The notes below the pieces were generated by a model. It ran no database searches, was not told the origin of the DNA, and saw only the letters and a program-made list of their open reading frames with translations. The position numbers and the translations under genes are program-made. Below, piece after piece: positions 9,603-20,803 of a DNA stretch of 64,000 nt. This DNA is from Halodesulfurarchaeum sp. (lineage in GTDB: Archaea; Halobacteriota; Halobacteria; Halobacteriales; Halobacteriaceae), in NCBI GenBank assembly GCA_034520565.1, contig JAXHNL010000002.1:64001-128000 (forward strand), in the 5' to 3' direction. Numbering within the stretch: the first letter of the stretch is position 1; each line of letters begins with the position of its first letter.

Positions 9603-9962
9603 ATGACGAACTGGAAAGCGGTCGGCATCGGCTTTCTCGTGGAGATAGTAGTCGGGGTGGTCGGGTTGCTGATTCCCGGAATCGGCCAGTTGGCTGCCGG
9701 GCTGATCGGCGGCTTCGTCGCCGGCTATCTCGCCGCGGAAGGCACCTGGAGCGGTGCGTGGCACGGCCTCCTGGCCGGGGCCATCGGCGGGATCGTCCTC
9801 TCGCTCCTGCTCGCCCTGCTCGTGACGATCGTCGGCTCGCTCGGCTTCGGAATCCTGGGGCCGCTGGCTGGTGGCAGCGTGTTCCTCCTCGCGGTCACCG
9901 TCGCGCTCTTTTTGGCCATCGACAGCGCGATCGGCGGCGCAATCGGCGGCTTTCTGGCCTGA
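9603..9962 (+). CDS. DUF5518 family small membrane protein
   Basis: W.AV.IGF, GG..AGY, GAWHG..AG..G pattern; hydrophobic and Gly-rich. Confidence 0.8.
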   Translation: MTNWKAVGIGFLVEIVVGVVGLLIPGIGQLAAGLIGGFVAGYLAAEGTWSGAWHGLLAGAIGGIVLSLLLALLVTIVGSLGFGILGPLAGGSVFLLAVTVALFLAIDSAIGGAIGGFLA

Positions 9963-9997
9963 ATCCGTCCCGCGACCCTTCTCGAACAGTCCCAGAA

Positions 9998-10720
9998 TCA
10001 GTATTCGGTTCCTTTGCGGCCCCGCGTCCCCGCCTCGAAGGGGTGGGCCTCGAGGCTGACGTGACTGATCAGGTCGGCGTGGCCCTCGAGGTAGTCCGGT
10101 GACTCGTGGCCGCCGGTCAACACCAGTTCGAGGCCGTCCGGTTTCGACTCGATCAGATCGACCGCCGCCGCCGGATCGACCAACCCCCGATTGGCGGCGT
10201 AGAGGATCTCGTCGAGAATCAGCATGTGGACGCCGTCCTCCGGCGGACCGTCGAGATCCAGCGGGCCGGTGAGATCCGCCTTCCCAGCCGCGTCGAGCAA
10301 TTCCCGGGCCCGCTCCAGGCCCGCCTGTGCCTTCGCCGCGTGTTCGTCCTCGTCCGGGCCCACTCCCTGGTGGTGCCAGCCGTAGTGGCCCAGATTCTCG
10401 TAGGTGTACCCCGGCAACGCCGCGATCGCATTGTACTCCCCGCGGGTGTCCTCGACGGTCTGGGTCCCGCCCTTCATGAACTGCAGGAGGTGGACCCGGT
10501 AGCCGTGGCCGACGGCCCGCATGCCCATCCCCATCGCGGCCGTGGTCTTGCCCTTGCCGTCGCCCCACCAGACCTGCACCAGCCCGAAATCCGCAGGGGC
10601 ACTCGCCTCGATCGGCTGGTCGGTCAGGGCCGGTTCGCCGCCGTCGGCCCGGATTTCAGCCTGGACGATCTCGCCGGCGGGGCCGGGCGGTTGGACATCC
10701 TCGCTCCCTGGTCGTGGCAT
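9998..10720 (-). CDS. cobO: cob(I)yrinic acid a,c-diamide adenosyltransferase (CobO/BtuR)
   Basis: VWWGDGKGKTTAAMG, QFMKGG, ILDEI, ELVLTGG, HPF..G...RKGTEY. Confidence 0.92.
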   Translation of the reverse strand: MPRPGSEDVQPPGPAGEIVQAEIRADGGEPALTDQPIEASAPADFGLVQVWWGDGKGKTTAAMGMGMRAVGHGYRVHLLQFMKGGTQTVEDTRGEYNAIAALPGYTYENLGHYGWHHQGVGPDEDEHAAKAQAGLERARELLDAAGKADLTGPLDLDGPPEDGVHMLILDEILYAANRGLVDPAAAVDLIESKPDGLELVLTGGHESPDYLEGHADLISHVSLEAHPFEAGTRGRKGTEY

Positions 10721-10780
10721 TGACACACGGAAGGAGTGACGCCACTTTGGGCGTTCCGGTCGGCGCGGTTCTGGCCCCGG

Positions 10781-11674
10781 TTACTGCCGTTTGACTTCGT
10801 GACGACCGAACCCGTACCGGAGCCGATTCGCGAGCTGCCGGGAGAGCCGCGGACCCGCCCGGGAGGAAAAGCGCTCCGCGAGGGCCTGGTAGATGAGCGG
10901 CAGGGGCACCTCCTGTTCGAGACTCTCCTGGACCGTCCAGGTGCCGGTCGAACCGCCGGCGACGTAATCGGCGACGTCACCGAGATCCGAGCCCTCCTCG
11001 CGGAAGGACTCCTCGGCGAGTTCCAGGAGCCACGACCGGACGACCGCGCCGTTCGTCCAGGTCCGGGCGATGGCCTCCAGATCGAAGTCATAGCGACCCT
11101 CCGCGAGCAGCTCGAAGCCCTCGCCGTAGGCCTGCATGAGCGCGTACTCGATGCCGTTGTGGACCATCTTCACGTAGTGGCCCGCCCCGGATGGACCCAT
11201 GCGCTCGTGGCCCTCGCGACCGGTCGCGACCGCGTCGAAGACCGGTTCGAGTGAGTCGTAGGCCTCCTGCGGACCGCCGACCATGAGCGAGAAGCCGACT
11301 TCGGCCCCCGCCGGGCCGCCGCTCGTCCCACAGTCCAGATACTGTGCGTCGATCCGCTCGGCCCGCCGGATCGAGTCGTGGAAATTGGAGTTGCCCCCGT
11401 CCACGACGACGTCCGCCTCGTCGAGCAGCGGGTCGAGTTCGTCGAGTGTGGCGTCGACCGGATCCCCGGCCGGAACCATCAGCCAGATGTGCCGGGGCGA
11501 GTCGAGCACCTTCGGGATCGCCTGGACCGATTCGACGACCTCCGCGCCCGCGTTCGCGGCGTCTGCCCTGGCCCCCTCGTCGATGTCGAAGGCGACGACG
11601 TCGTGCCCGTCCGCGAGTACCCGATCCACCACGATTTGTCCCATCCGTCCGAGTCCGATGACGCCCAGTTCCAT
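10781..11674 (-). CDS. gnd: 6-phosphogluconate dehydrogenase (decarboxylating, short form)
   Basis: GLGRMG, WLMVPAG, DGGNS, DCGTSGG, KMVHNGIEY, RYGFGRH. Confidence 0.95.
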   Translation of the reverse strand: MELGVIGLGRMGQIVVDRVLADGHDVVAFDIDEGARADAANAGAEVVESVQAIPKVLDSPRHIWLMVPAGDPVDATLDELDPLLDEADVVVDGGNSNFHDSIRRAERIDAQYLDCGTSGGPAGAEVGFSLMVGGPQEAYDSLEPVFDAVATGREGHERMGPSGAGHYVKMVHNGIEYALMQAYGEGFELLAEGRYDFDLEAIARTWTNGAVVRSWLLELAEESFREEGSDLGDVADYVAGGSTGTWTVQESLEQEVPLPLIYQALAERFSSRAGPRLSRQLANRLRYGFGRHEVKRQ

Positions 11675-11748
11675 GTCACATCTCTCTCACGGAGCGACCG
11701 TTATGGTTGCGATTCGACCATTCGACTCCCCGCGGTGTTTCGGAGCCC

Positions 11749-12606
11749 TCACTCGGCCTGGAGATCGGAACGGTGATCCTCGAAGAATTCGCGGACGGTT
11801 CGTGGTTCCCGACCGAGGATGTGCTGGACCGTGTCGGTCGTCCGCGACGCCCACCCCAAACGCGTGACCGAATATTCGGCGATCATGAACGCGATCAGCG
11901 TGGGTGCAACCCCCCGGGCGTACATCCGGCGGGCGAATCGAACTCCGGAGGGGTCGGCATACCGAATCTCCCGCTCGAGGACGTCACTCGCCACGCGTGC
12001 CACCTCGAAAAAGGAAACCGGCTCCGGGCCCGTGAGCGTGTAGGCCCGGTTCCGGTGTTCCGGTTCCACGAGGGCCGTCGCCGCGACCTGCCCGACGTCC
12101 CGAGCGTCGATGATGCCCATGGCGCCGTCCCCGGCGGGGACGAAGATCTCGTCGCGGTCGACGATTTCGGGTCGATGAATCTCGAGGAGGTTCTGAGCGA
12201 AGTAGGCCGCACGGAGATGCGTGAAATGGACGGATGTGGCAGCAAGGTGCCGTTCGATCCGCCGATGTGGCAGCACCGGAACCGCCTCGGCACCCAGGAC
12301 CGAAAGAAACACGACGTGTTCGACGCCGACGCGTGCGGTCGCGTCAACGAATTCACGAATCGGATCCACGCCCGTACCAGGGGGCAGCAGCAAGAAGACT
12401 GCATCCACACCGCCGAGGCTAGAGCCCCAGGTTTCCGGCCTGGAAAAGGAGAACTCGACGGCCTCCACGTCGGCGGCGAACTCCTCCCCCGCCTCCTCGG
12501 GGCGTCGAGACGCGATCCTGACGGTCGCGGTCTCGGCTTCGAGGGCGTGAACCACCGTGGATCCGACGGTTCCAGTCGCGCCGGTCACGAGGACTCGTCC
12601 GGTCAT
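11749..12606 (-). CDS. NmrA-like/atypical SDR NAD(P)-binding protein
   Basis: VLVTGATGTVGS, FLSVLGA...PH..IE, F.QN, IDARDVG, YTLTGPE. Confidence 0.88.
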   Translation of the reverse strand: MTGRVLVTGATGTVGSTVVHALEAETATVRIASRRPEEAGEEFAADVEAVEFSFSRPETWGSSLGGVDAVFLLLPPGTGVDPIREFVDATARVGVEHVVFLSVLGAEAVPVLPHRRIERHLAATSVHFTHLRAAYFAQNLLEIHRPEIVDRDEIFVPAGDGAMGIIDARDVGQVAATALVEPEHRNRAYTLTGPEPVSFFEVARVASDVLEREIRYADPSGVRFARRMYARGVAPTLIAFMIAEYSVTRLGWASRTTDTVQHILGREPRTVREFFEDHRSDLQAE

Positions 12607-12691
12607 TGATCGAACGACGTGGGGAAATGCCCTAAGCCCGACGGATTTCACGCCAGGGTCTCTCCCGGTTCCGACCGAAGCCCGGTGGATC

Positions 12692-13522
12692 TCACTCCAG
12701 GGCCCGACGTGGTTCGATCCGTGGCACGTCCCCGTTACTCACCTTCGCTTCCACGTCGAAAACCTCAGCGAGCAACGCCTCGTCGACCACCGCCGAGGGT
12801 GGCCCCCAGTCGTACACCTGCCCGTCCTGAAGGGCGACCACGTAGTCGGCGAAGCGAGCGGCCTGCTGGAGGTCGTGCAGGACGACACACACGGTCACCT
12901 CACGGTCCCGGTTGAGCTGTCGAACGACCTCGAGAACCCGGATCTGGTGGTGGAGATCGAGGTACGTCGTCGGCTCGTCGAGGAGGAGGACCTCGGTCTC
13001 CTGGGCCAGGACCATCGCGACGAACGCGAGTTGCTTCTGGCCCCCGCTCAACTCGGCGACCGGTTCCTCGCGGAGATGCTCGACGCCGGCGAGCTCGATG
13101 GCCCGGTCGATGGCCCGCCGGTCGGCCGCCTCGAGAGTCGAGAGGAAGCGCCGATGGGGATAGCGGCCGTGGGTGACAAGCGATTCGACGGTCAGATCCC
13201 CCGGGGCGGTGTTCTCCTGATCGAGCAGTCCCAGCTCCCTGGCGAGCGCCTTCGGCGAGCGTTCCTGCACGGCGCGTCCATGCAGCAGGACGCTCCCCGC
13301 CTCGGGTTCGAGTTCGGCGGAGAACCCACGCAGGAGCGTCGACTTCCCGGAGCCGTTCGGTCCGACAAGCGCGGTGACCTCGCCGCGGGGAACGACCAGG
13401 CGGTCCAGGTCGACGACGATCTCCTCGCCGTACCCGAGTTGCAGGTCCGAGACCCGGATCGCCGGCTTCTCGATCGATTCGGTTCCGAGCGCCGCCGTCC
13501 GTGTAGGTTGGTGTCGTGACAT
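12692..13522 (-). CDS. Iron(III)-chelate ABC transporter ATP-binding subunit (FecE/FhuC-like)
   Basis: GPNGSGKST, LSGGQKQ, LLLDEPTTYLD, VLHDL. Confidence 0.93.
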   Translation of the reverse strand: MSRHQPTRTAALGTESIEKPAIRVSDLQLGYGEEIVVDLDRLVVPRGEVTALVGPNGSGKSTLLRGFSAELEPEAGSVLLHGRAVQERSPKALARELGLLDQENTAPGDLTVESLVTHGRYPHRRFLSTLEAADRRAIDRAIELAGVEHLREEPVAELSGGQKQLAFVAMVLAQETEVLLLDEPTTYLDLHHQIRVLEVVRQLNRDREVTVCVVLHDLQQAARFADYVVALQDGQVYDWGPPSAVVDEALLAEVFDVEAKVSNGDVPRIEPRRALE

Positions 13523-13524
13523 GA

Positions 13525-14640
13525 TCAGAACTCCGAGAGCGAGTCGGTCCGGCGGAGCAGGTAGAGGAAGTAGGGCCCGCCGATGAGGCCGGTGACGACC
13601 CCGACGGGCACCTGGGTCCCGGGGATCCCGAGCCGGGCCACCGCGTCCGCCGTGACCACGAGGGCGGGGCCGGCAAAGAGACAGCCCGAGATCAGGCGCC
13701 GGTAATCGCTGCCGACGAAGGTCCGCACGACGTGTGGGACGACCAGGCCGACGAAGCCCACGAGTCCCGCGACGGCTACCGACACCGCCGCGGCGACGAT
13801 GGCGAGCGCGGAGAGGACGAATCGCGCCCGTTCGACGGACATGCCCAGCGACCGGGCCGTCCGCTCCCCGAGCAGGAGCACGTCGAGGTGGCGGGCCGAG
13901 AGGAGCGCGAGCGGCGCGATGAGCAGTGACGGGACGACGACGATTCGACCGGCCCCCCATCCCACCCCGACGAGCGAGCCGGCGAGCCACGAGACGGCAG
14001 TGCGCATCGCCCCGTTGCTGTCGATGAAGTAGAAAAGCCCCGTCTGGAGGCTGTTGAAGATCGTGGCGACGACGATGCCGGCGAGGATCAGGCGGACGGG
14101 CGTGGTCCCGCCTCGCCAGGCGACGAGGTAGACGAGCAGGAACGCACCGGAGCCCCCGATCACCGCCGCGATCGGAAGGAGGGCGGCCCCGAGCGAAAAG
14201 ACGATCGTGAACACCACGGCGACCCCCGCGCCGGCGGAGACGCCCAGCACGTACGGACTGGCGAGTTCGTTGCGGGTAATCGCCTGGAAGATGGCCCCCG
14301 AAATGGCGAGGTTGAGCCCGACGAACGCCCCCACGACCACCCGGGGCATCCGGATCGTCCAGACGACGATCGTGGCGTTCGAGAGGTCGGCGAGATCGGC
14401 AGCGAGTCCCACCCGACCGGCGAGTGAGTCCCCGAGGACGATCGTCGCGAGCACGCGGGATCGTGTCCAGACGGCCTCATCGAAGAGGGCCCGCACGGTC
14501 GTCTCGAAGCTCATCTCGAAGGCGCCGTATCGCAACTGGACCAGTCCCGCCCCGACCACGAGGAGGACACTCGCGACGGCGATCCCGAGAACGGTGCCGT
14601 CGAAATCCGGGGTGACGGCGGTTCGGACGCGGTGGGACAT
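13525..14640 (-). CDS. FecCD-family iron ABC transporter permease
   Basis: IRMPR, SGAIFQAITRNELASP..LGVSAGA, GFVGLVVPH, PVGVVTGLIGGPYF. Confidence 0.93.
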   Translation of the reverse strand: MSHRVRTAVTPDFDGTVLGIAVASVLLVVGAGLVQLRYGAFEMSFETTVRALFDEAVWTRSRVLATIVLGDSLAGRVGLAADLADLSNATIVVWTIRMPRVVVGAFVGLNLAISGAIFQAITRNELASPYVLGVSAGAGVAVVFTIVFSLGAALLPIAAVIGGSGAFLLVYLVAWRGGTTPVRLILAGIVVATIFNSLQTGLFYFIDSNGAMRTAVSWLAGSLVGVGWGAGRIVVVPSLLIAPLALLSARHLDVLLLGERTARSLGMSVERARFVLSALAIVAAAVSVAVAGLVGFVGLVVPHVVRTFVGSDYRRLISGCLFAGPALVVTADAVARLGIPGTQVPVGVVTGLIGGPYFLYLLRRTDSLSEF

Positions 14641-14677
14641 GAGGTGGGTGGAGCGGTTCAGTTGGGGTGCCGATCGA

Positions 14678-15805
14678 TCAGTTCGTGATGATGCCGGAAA
14701 GTTCGTCCCGGTCGAAAAGCGGGGTGTCGACCCGCTCCGGGTACAGCTGGGTGGCAAACCGTTCGAGGAGGTAGAGGTGCTGGATCGGCCCGAGGTAGAT
14801 CGGACCGCCCCGGTAGACCGCTCCTTCCTCGACGGCGGTGATCCGACTGGCCGTCTCGTGCTCCTGCATAAACGCGAGGACACTCTCCTCGAACTCGCTC
14901 TGGGTCTTTGCCTCGTGGCCCCGCACGAAGAGCACCTCGGGGTCCACCTCGAGGAGGGTCTCGTAGTCGATCTCTGCGCGAGTCCCCGTGCTGAGACCCT
15001 CCACGCCGGAGTCCGCAAAGGCATCCTGGACGTTGAGATCGTGGAAGGCCTTCTTGTTCGCGCCCTGGCCGTCGAGCCGGTAGGGCGAGAAAGCGGTCGG
15101 CTCGTCGCTCCCGCCCCAGACGAGAGCGGCCTGGGGACCCGCCGCCGGGATCTCCTCGGCGACCGAATCGACGACGTCGTCGTGGAACCCTTCGAACGCC
15201 TCGTAGCGTTCGGTCTCCTGGAAGACGAAAGCGACCTTCTCGAAGGCCTCGTACATCGTGAGATACTCGTAATCGTGCCACTCGTCGGTCCGCCGGAAGA
15301 TCGTGTTGCCGAAGAATGGGCCGACCCGTTCCTCGATCTGCTCGACATCGTCCTCGTCCATCCCGTCGAAGACGTTGATCAGCCAGTTCGGATCCATGAG
15401 ATGGACGTCGGCGTCGATCGAGAGGAACGTCTCCCGTGAGACCCCCTGCTGGACCAGATCGGCGATCTCGTCGGTCTCGACTTCGACGCCCAGTTCCTCG
15501 TAGCCGGTAGTGTGAAAGCGGCTCACCTGGCCCACCGAGGCGATCGCGTCACCGTGACCGAGCGCCACGAGCATATCGGCGTAGCCGGAGCAATAGACTG
15601 CCGCCCGCTGGGGAACGGCGTCGAAGGTGACCTCCCCGACGGGCGGCATCGACACCGAATATGCGGTGGAGTCGGACTCGGTCGTGGTCCCATTTTCATC
15701 CGCTGTCGTCCCGGTCTCGCTGTCCTCGTCCGGACTCGCACAGCCAGCCAGCACTCCGGTTATCGCTGTCGCGGCGCCAGTCTGCAGGAATCGGCGACGG
15801 TGCAT
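14678..15805 (-). CDS. Iron ABC transporter substrate-binding Tat lipoprotein
   Basis: MHRRRFL Tat motif and LAGC lipobox; V.MPPVGEV.FD.VP; first gene of the operon with the permease and ATPase. Confidence 0.9.
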   Translation of the reverse strand: MHRRRFLQTGAATAITGVLAGCASPDEDSETGTTADENGTTTESDSTAYSVSMPPVGEVTFDAVPQRAAVYCSGYADMLVALGHGDAIASVGQVSRFHTTGYEELGVEVETDEIADLVQQGVSRETFLSIDADVHLMDPNWLINVFDGMDEDDVEQIEERVGPFFGNTIFRRTDEWHDYEYLTMYEAFEKVAFVFQETERYEAFEGFHDDVVDSVAEEIPAAGPQAALVWGGSDEPTAFSPYRLDGQGANKKAFHDLNVQDAFADSGVEGLSTGTRAEIDYETLLEVDPEVLFVRGHEAKTQSEFEESVLAFMQEHETASRITAVEEGAVYRGGPIYLGPIQHLYLLERFATQLYPERVDTPLFDRDELSGIITN

Positions 15806-15811
15806 GGCTAG

Positions 15812-15867
15812 AATTAGGCACCCCTAATTTAGAAAAGATTTCCGGTTTTTTCGGCTCGGCTAAAAAA
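15812..15867. promoter_or_regulatory. Putative DtxR/Idr-family metal repressor operators
   Basis: Perfect AATTAGG-CACC-CCTAATT palindrome (15812-15829) 6 nt before the iron-binding protein start; degenerate second box TTTTCGG-CTCG-GCTAAAA within 15846-15867. Confidence 0.7.
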
Positions 15868-16038
15868 CGTGCGGGCGATTCGCGTGGGAGACGTGGTGGA
15901 GAGCAATCTTTATCAACCGAGACACACCTCCACCCCAGTATGCGCGTCGTCGCGGTAGTACGTGAGTAGACTCGCGGGCAGAACTGCACGCGCTTCTCGT
16001 GTGGTTTGGTTCGAAAAGCGACGACTCCATGAGTACTC

Positions 16039-18664
16039 ATGACACAGGACATTCCCGAGAACTACGAGCCCGAGCGGATCGAATCCGAGTGGGAGCACTA
16101 CTGGCTCGAGGAGTCGGTGTACGCCTACGAGGACACCGGCGCCACCGACTACGTGATCGACACCCCGCCACCGTACCCGACCGGCAACCTCCACATCGGG
16201 AACGCGCTTGGCTGGTGCTACATGGACTTCCTCGCCCGGTATCGCCGGATGCAGGGCGGCGACGTTCTCTTCCCGCAAGGCTGGGACTGTCACGGCCTCC
16301 CGACCGAGGTGAAAGTCGAGGAGAACCAGGACATCCACCGAACCGACGTCCCCCGCGAGGAGTTCCGCCAGATGTGCGTCGATCACACGGAGACCCAGAT
16401 CGACGCCATGCGGACCCAGATGCGCCGGCTCGGCTTCTCCCAGGACTGGGATCAGGAGTTCCGCACGATGGACCCGAGCTACTGGGGGAAGACCCAGCGC
16501 TCCTTCGTCGAGATGGCCGAAAAGGACTACGTCTACCGGGACGAGCATCCGGTCAACTGGTGTCCCCGCTGCCAGACCGCGATCGCGGACGCCGAGGTCG
16601 AAACCGAGGACCGGGACGGCACGCTCTACACCATCACGTTCCCCGGGATCGACAACGACGAGATCGAGATCGCGACGACCCGACCGGAGCTGCTCGCGGC
16701 CTGCGGGAGCGGTGGCAGTCCACCCGGAGGACGAGCGCTACGCGGACCGCATCGGGGACACCTTCGAGGTGCCGCCGGTCGGCCAGGAAGTCGAATGCAT
16801 CGCCGACGAGGAAGTCGACCCCGACTTCGGGACGGGCGCCGTGATGATCTCCACCTTCGGGGACAAACAGGACGTTGACTGGTGGGCCGAATACGACCTC
16901 GACCTCCGCGCCGTGCTTACCGAGGACGGCCACCTGAACGACCTCGCCGGGGAGTACGAGGGGCTATCCATCGAGGCCGCAAAGGAGCAGATCCCTGCCG
17001 ACCTCGACGAGGCGGGGCTGCTCGTGGACAGCGAACCGGTCGAACAAAGCGTCGGGGTCTGCTGGCGGTGTGACACCCCGATCGAGATCCTCTCGAAGGA
17101 CCAGTGGTTCGTCGAAGTTCGGCAGGAGGAGATCCTCGAAAAGGCCCAGGAAGTCGAGTGGATTCCCGAGCACATGTACGCCCGCCTCGAGGAGTGGACC
17201 GAGGGCATGAGCTGGGACTGGGTCATCTCCCGCCAGCGCGTGTTCGCGACCCCGATCCCCGCGTGGCAGTGTGCGGACTGTGGCCACTGGGAGATCGCCG
17301 ACGTCGAGGAGTTGCCGGTCGAACCGACCGAAAGCGAACCGGCCGTCGGGGAGTGTCCCGAGTGCGGGGCGAGCGAGTGGACCGGCGAGACCGACGTGAT
17401 GGACACCTGGATGGACTCCTCCATTTCGGCGATGCACGTCGGCGGCTGGCCGGCAGAGCCCTTCGAGCCCGTGGCGCTCCGCGAGCAGGGCCACGACATC
17501 ATCCGCACCTGGGCGTTCTACACCCTCCTTCGGACCGCGGCGCTCGAGGAGGAGAAACCGTGGGACACCGCACTGATCAACGGGATGGTGTTCGGCCCCG
17601 ACGGGAACAAGATGTCCAAATCACGGGGGAACGTCGTCTCGCCGGACGAGGTGCTCGAGGAGGAGAGCGCCGACGCCTTCCGCCAGGCGATGGCCGTCGG
17701 CGGACAGCCGGGGGCCGACGTCCAGTTCCAGTGGAAGGAGGTCACCGCGGCCTCGCGGTTCCTGACAAAGCTCTGGAACGTCTTCCGCTTCGCCAGCGGG
17801 CACCTCGATGCGGACACGCCCGACATCAACGCGCCGGCCTATCGGGACACCGATCGCTGGATCCTCGACCGGCTCGCTGGCGTCACCGAGGAGATGACCG
17901 ACGCGATGGACGAGAACCGCTTCGACACCGCCGTCCGGGCCCTCCGCGAGTTCGTCTGGGAGGACCTCGCCGACGACTACGTCGAACTCGTGAAGGGTCG
18001 GCTCTACAACGGCCGGCCGGGCGAGCGCGACGCCGCCCGGGCGGCCCTGTACGAAACCCTCTCGGCAGTCGTCCGACTGCTCGCCCCGTTCAGCCCCTTC
18101 GTCGCCGAAGAGATCTGGCATCACCTGCCGGGGACCGAGGGAAGCGTCCATCTGGCCGACTGGCCCGATACGGAGACCCCAGACGGGGACTCGACCGTCG
18201 GCGAGGACATCGCCGAGTCCGCCCGGACGGTCCGGGCCTGGAAGTCCGAGCAGGGGATCGCCCTGAACGCCGACCTCGAGCGGGTCGAGCTGTACTTCGA
18301 GGAGGAACCACAGCACGGCGTCGACACCTACGACCTGAGCGAGACGGTTGGGGCCCCGATCCGCACGTCCATCGGGCGACCGGACCTCGAAGCGGTCGCC
18401 ACGGACGTCGATCCGGACGAGGCCCAGATCGGCCCGACCTTCCGGGACGAGGCGGGCGCGATCATGACCGCTCTCGAAGACGCCGATCCGGACACGGTCA
18501 AAGCCCAGCTCGACTCGGGCGGGCCCGTCGAGGTGTCAGTCGACGGCTCGACCGTCGAGATCGATTCGGAGATGGTCGCCGTGGCCACAGAGTACCGGAC
18601 CGAAGCGGGCGAGGAGGTCGCCGTCCTCGAGGTCCCCTTCGGCACGATCGTCGTGGTTCCCTGA
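16039..18664 (+). CDS. valS: Valine--tRNA ligase (apparent +1 frameshift at G run 16705-16707)
   Basis: [48 protein letters not shown]; split over ORFs 16039-16878 and 16712-18664. Confidence 0.95.
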
Positions 18665-18693
18665 AAAGACCCGCCGAGCCCAAAAAGGCCCTA

Positions 18694-19590
18694 TCAGTGC
18701 AGGCCGACTTTTGCGAGGAGCCACTGTCGCTGATCACGGGAGGTCTGGACGAGCGTCACCCCGCCCAGAATCAGGACCGCGCCGATGATGGTCCGAAGCG
18801 TGAGCGTCTCGTCGAGAATCGTCACCCCAAGAATCACCGTCCAGACCGGCTCGGCCGTGCCCAGAATGCTCGCATGCGTGGCCTCGATCCGTTCGAGCCC
18901 CTCGTAGAGTAACAGAAGCGGGATCCCGGTACCCAGGACGCCGATACCGAGGATGATCCCCCAGTGAGTCGGTGTCTGGGGCGGGGTGAAACCCTCCATG
19001 CCCCAGCGGACGCCGATGGTCAGTGCCGTGACCACGAGCACGTGGGCGGTGAGGTGTGTGGGATCCGTGTCCGCCGTGAGGATGCGACCGGCGACGTTGT
19101 AAATACCGTACCCCGCAGCAGCAGCGGTGACGAGTACGATGCCCAGTAACGACACCTGACTCGCGTCGATCCCGATGACCATCACCACCCCCGCGAGCGC
19201 GAGACCCAGTGCGGAAAGCGAAACCCGACTCAACTGCTCGTCCAGGATCGGGACCGACAGCCCGAAGACGAAGATCGGGTACGTGTAGAAGACGATCGCC
19301 GTGAGGCTGGCGGTCATATAGGAGAGCCCGCGGAAATAGGCCAACGTGAGCAGTCCGTAGAGCACCCCGAGAAACACCGTCGCGTAGAGCGGGCGTCCCG
19401 AAAGGATCGTCAGGTCGTTTCGGGCGAGTAACACGCCCCAGACGATCAACGCCCCGAGCGAGAACCGGAAGAAGAGGAGTGTCGGGCGACTCAAATCCGC
19501 CGCCTCCGCGAACTTCCCGAAGATGGCGAGTGTCCCCAATCCCGTCGCGGCGACGAGGACCATCAGGCCGCCCAGTGTCACCTCGCGCAT
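18694..19590 (-). CDS. EamA/DMT family transporter
   Basis: About 10 hydrophobic segments in two EamA repeats (FRF; FYTYP; AEPV..VILG...L.E). Confidence 0.9.
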   Translation of the reverse strand: MREVTLGGLMVLVAATGLGTLAIFGKFAEAADLSRPTLLFFRFSLGALIVWGVLLARNDLTILSGRPLYATVFLGVLYGLLTLAYFRGLSYMTASLTAIVFYTYPIFVFGLSVPILDEQLSRVSLSALGLALAGVVMVIGIDASQVSLLGIVLVTAAAAGYGIYNVAGRILTADTDPTHLTAHVLVVTALTIGVRWGMEGFTPPQTPTHWGIILGIGVLGTGIPLLLLYEGLERIEATHASILGTAEPVWTVILGVTILDETLTLRTIIGAVLILGGVTLVQTSRDQRQWLLAKVGLH

Positions 19591-19672
19591 TCACCTGTTC
19601 TTGCTGAGGCGACGCCTTAGACGTGACCATTCCGCGGTGGGCGGGACAGAATCGTCGAGTCGACCGGGCAGA

Positions 19673-20572
19673 TCAGGAGTAATCGACGTAGGTCGCCCCG
19701 CGAAGCTCCTCGAGGAGGTTGATCGCGGCGTCGGCCCCTTCGCCCACGGAGGAGGCGACTTGCCGGTTGCCGCCGATGCAGTCCCCGGCCGCATAGACCT
19801 TCTCCATCCCCGCGTTGAGCTCCTCGTCGACGTCGATGTAGTTCCCGTCTGTGGGGAGCCCGAGCATCTCGGCGAGGTCCTGGCCGCCGGCCTGTCCCAC
19901 GGCGACGAACAGCCCGTCGAGGGCGACCTCGCTGCCGTCATCGAAGACGGCGCGTTCGAGCTCGCCGCTCCCCTCGACCCGGTCGATCGGATCGGTGACG
20001 ATCGGGATGCCCTCGCGCTCGAGCCGCTCCTGAAGCTGCTCGTCCATCGTCACCTCGTCGCCGTTGGTGTAGAGGGTCACATCGTCCGTGTAATCGAGCA
20101 GGAGCAGGGCCTCCTTGCCGGCGTAATTTTCCGCGCCGACGACGCCCACGGTCCGGTCCTGGAAGAAGAAGGCATCACACTCCACACAGTGGGAGACTCC
20201 CTCGTTTTCGAACGCCTCGATGTTCCCGATTCCGGGGGTCTTGTACGAGCCGCCGGTGGCGATGATGAGTCCCTCGGCGGTGCACTCGCCGCTCTCCGTT
20301 TCGACACTGTAGCGCATGCCGTCCTGCCCGACGCGGATGACCTCCTCTTCGAGGAACTCCGCACCGAACCGCGCTGCGTGCTCGTGCCCGAGTTCGACGA
20401 GTTCCGGGCCAGTCGTTCCGTGGGGAAAACCGTAGAAGTTCTCGATCGTCTCCACGTCGCGGGTGGTGCCCCCGCCCTTGTCGAAGACCAGGGTCTCCTG
20501 GCCCGCGCGGGCGGCGTAGATCGCCACGCTCGCCCCAGCGGGACCACCGCCAATGATAATAACGCCTGTCAT
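19673..20572 (-). CDS. Thioredoxin-reductase-like NAD(P)/FAD oxidoreductase
   Basis: IIGGGPAG, IENFYGFP, IIATG, GVSHCVECD redox CxxC, YAAGDC. Confidence 0.88.
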   Translation of the reverse strand: MTGVIIIGGGPAGASVAIYAARAGQETLVFDKGGGTTRDVETIENFYGFPHGTTGPELVELGHEHAARFGAEFLEEEVIRVGQDGMRYSVETESGECTAEGLIIATGGSYKTPGIGNIEAFENEGVSHCVECDAFFFQDRTVGVVGAENYAGKEALLLLDYTDDVTLYTNGDEVTMDEQLQERLEREGIPIVTDPIDRVEGSGELERAVFDDGSEVALDGLFVAVGQAGGQDLAEMLGLPTDGNYIDVDEELNAGMEKVYAAGDCIGGNRQVASSVGEGADAAINLLEELRGATYVDYS

Positions 20573-20803
20573 GTGCGATTCACTCAATACTGAATCGTTT
20601 TTAATCTGACGAAAGAAAAGAAGGGCTTCAATACTGTCGATGAATCGGGTTTCGACCGCCCTCGAACCAGATAACACGATTGAGGGCTCGACAGTTCTGC
20701 AAATAGTCCACAACTTTGCACGGCGTGGCTCTCGTTTTCCAGTGGGTCAAACGAGCGTCGAAGCCAAGCCAGTGACTAAGAAACCACGGGACCCAGCAAC
20801 CAC

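Noticed and set aside
17104-18912. 602-aa Arg-rich ORF and many similar R/G/P-rich alternative frames
   Set aside because: Off-frame products of high-GC genes with no motifs and non-acidic composition
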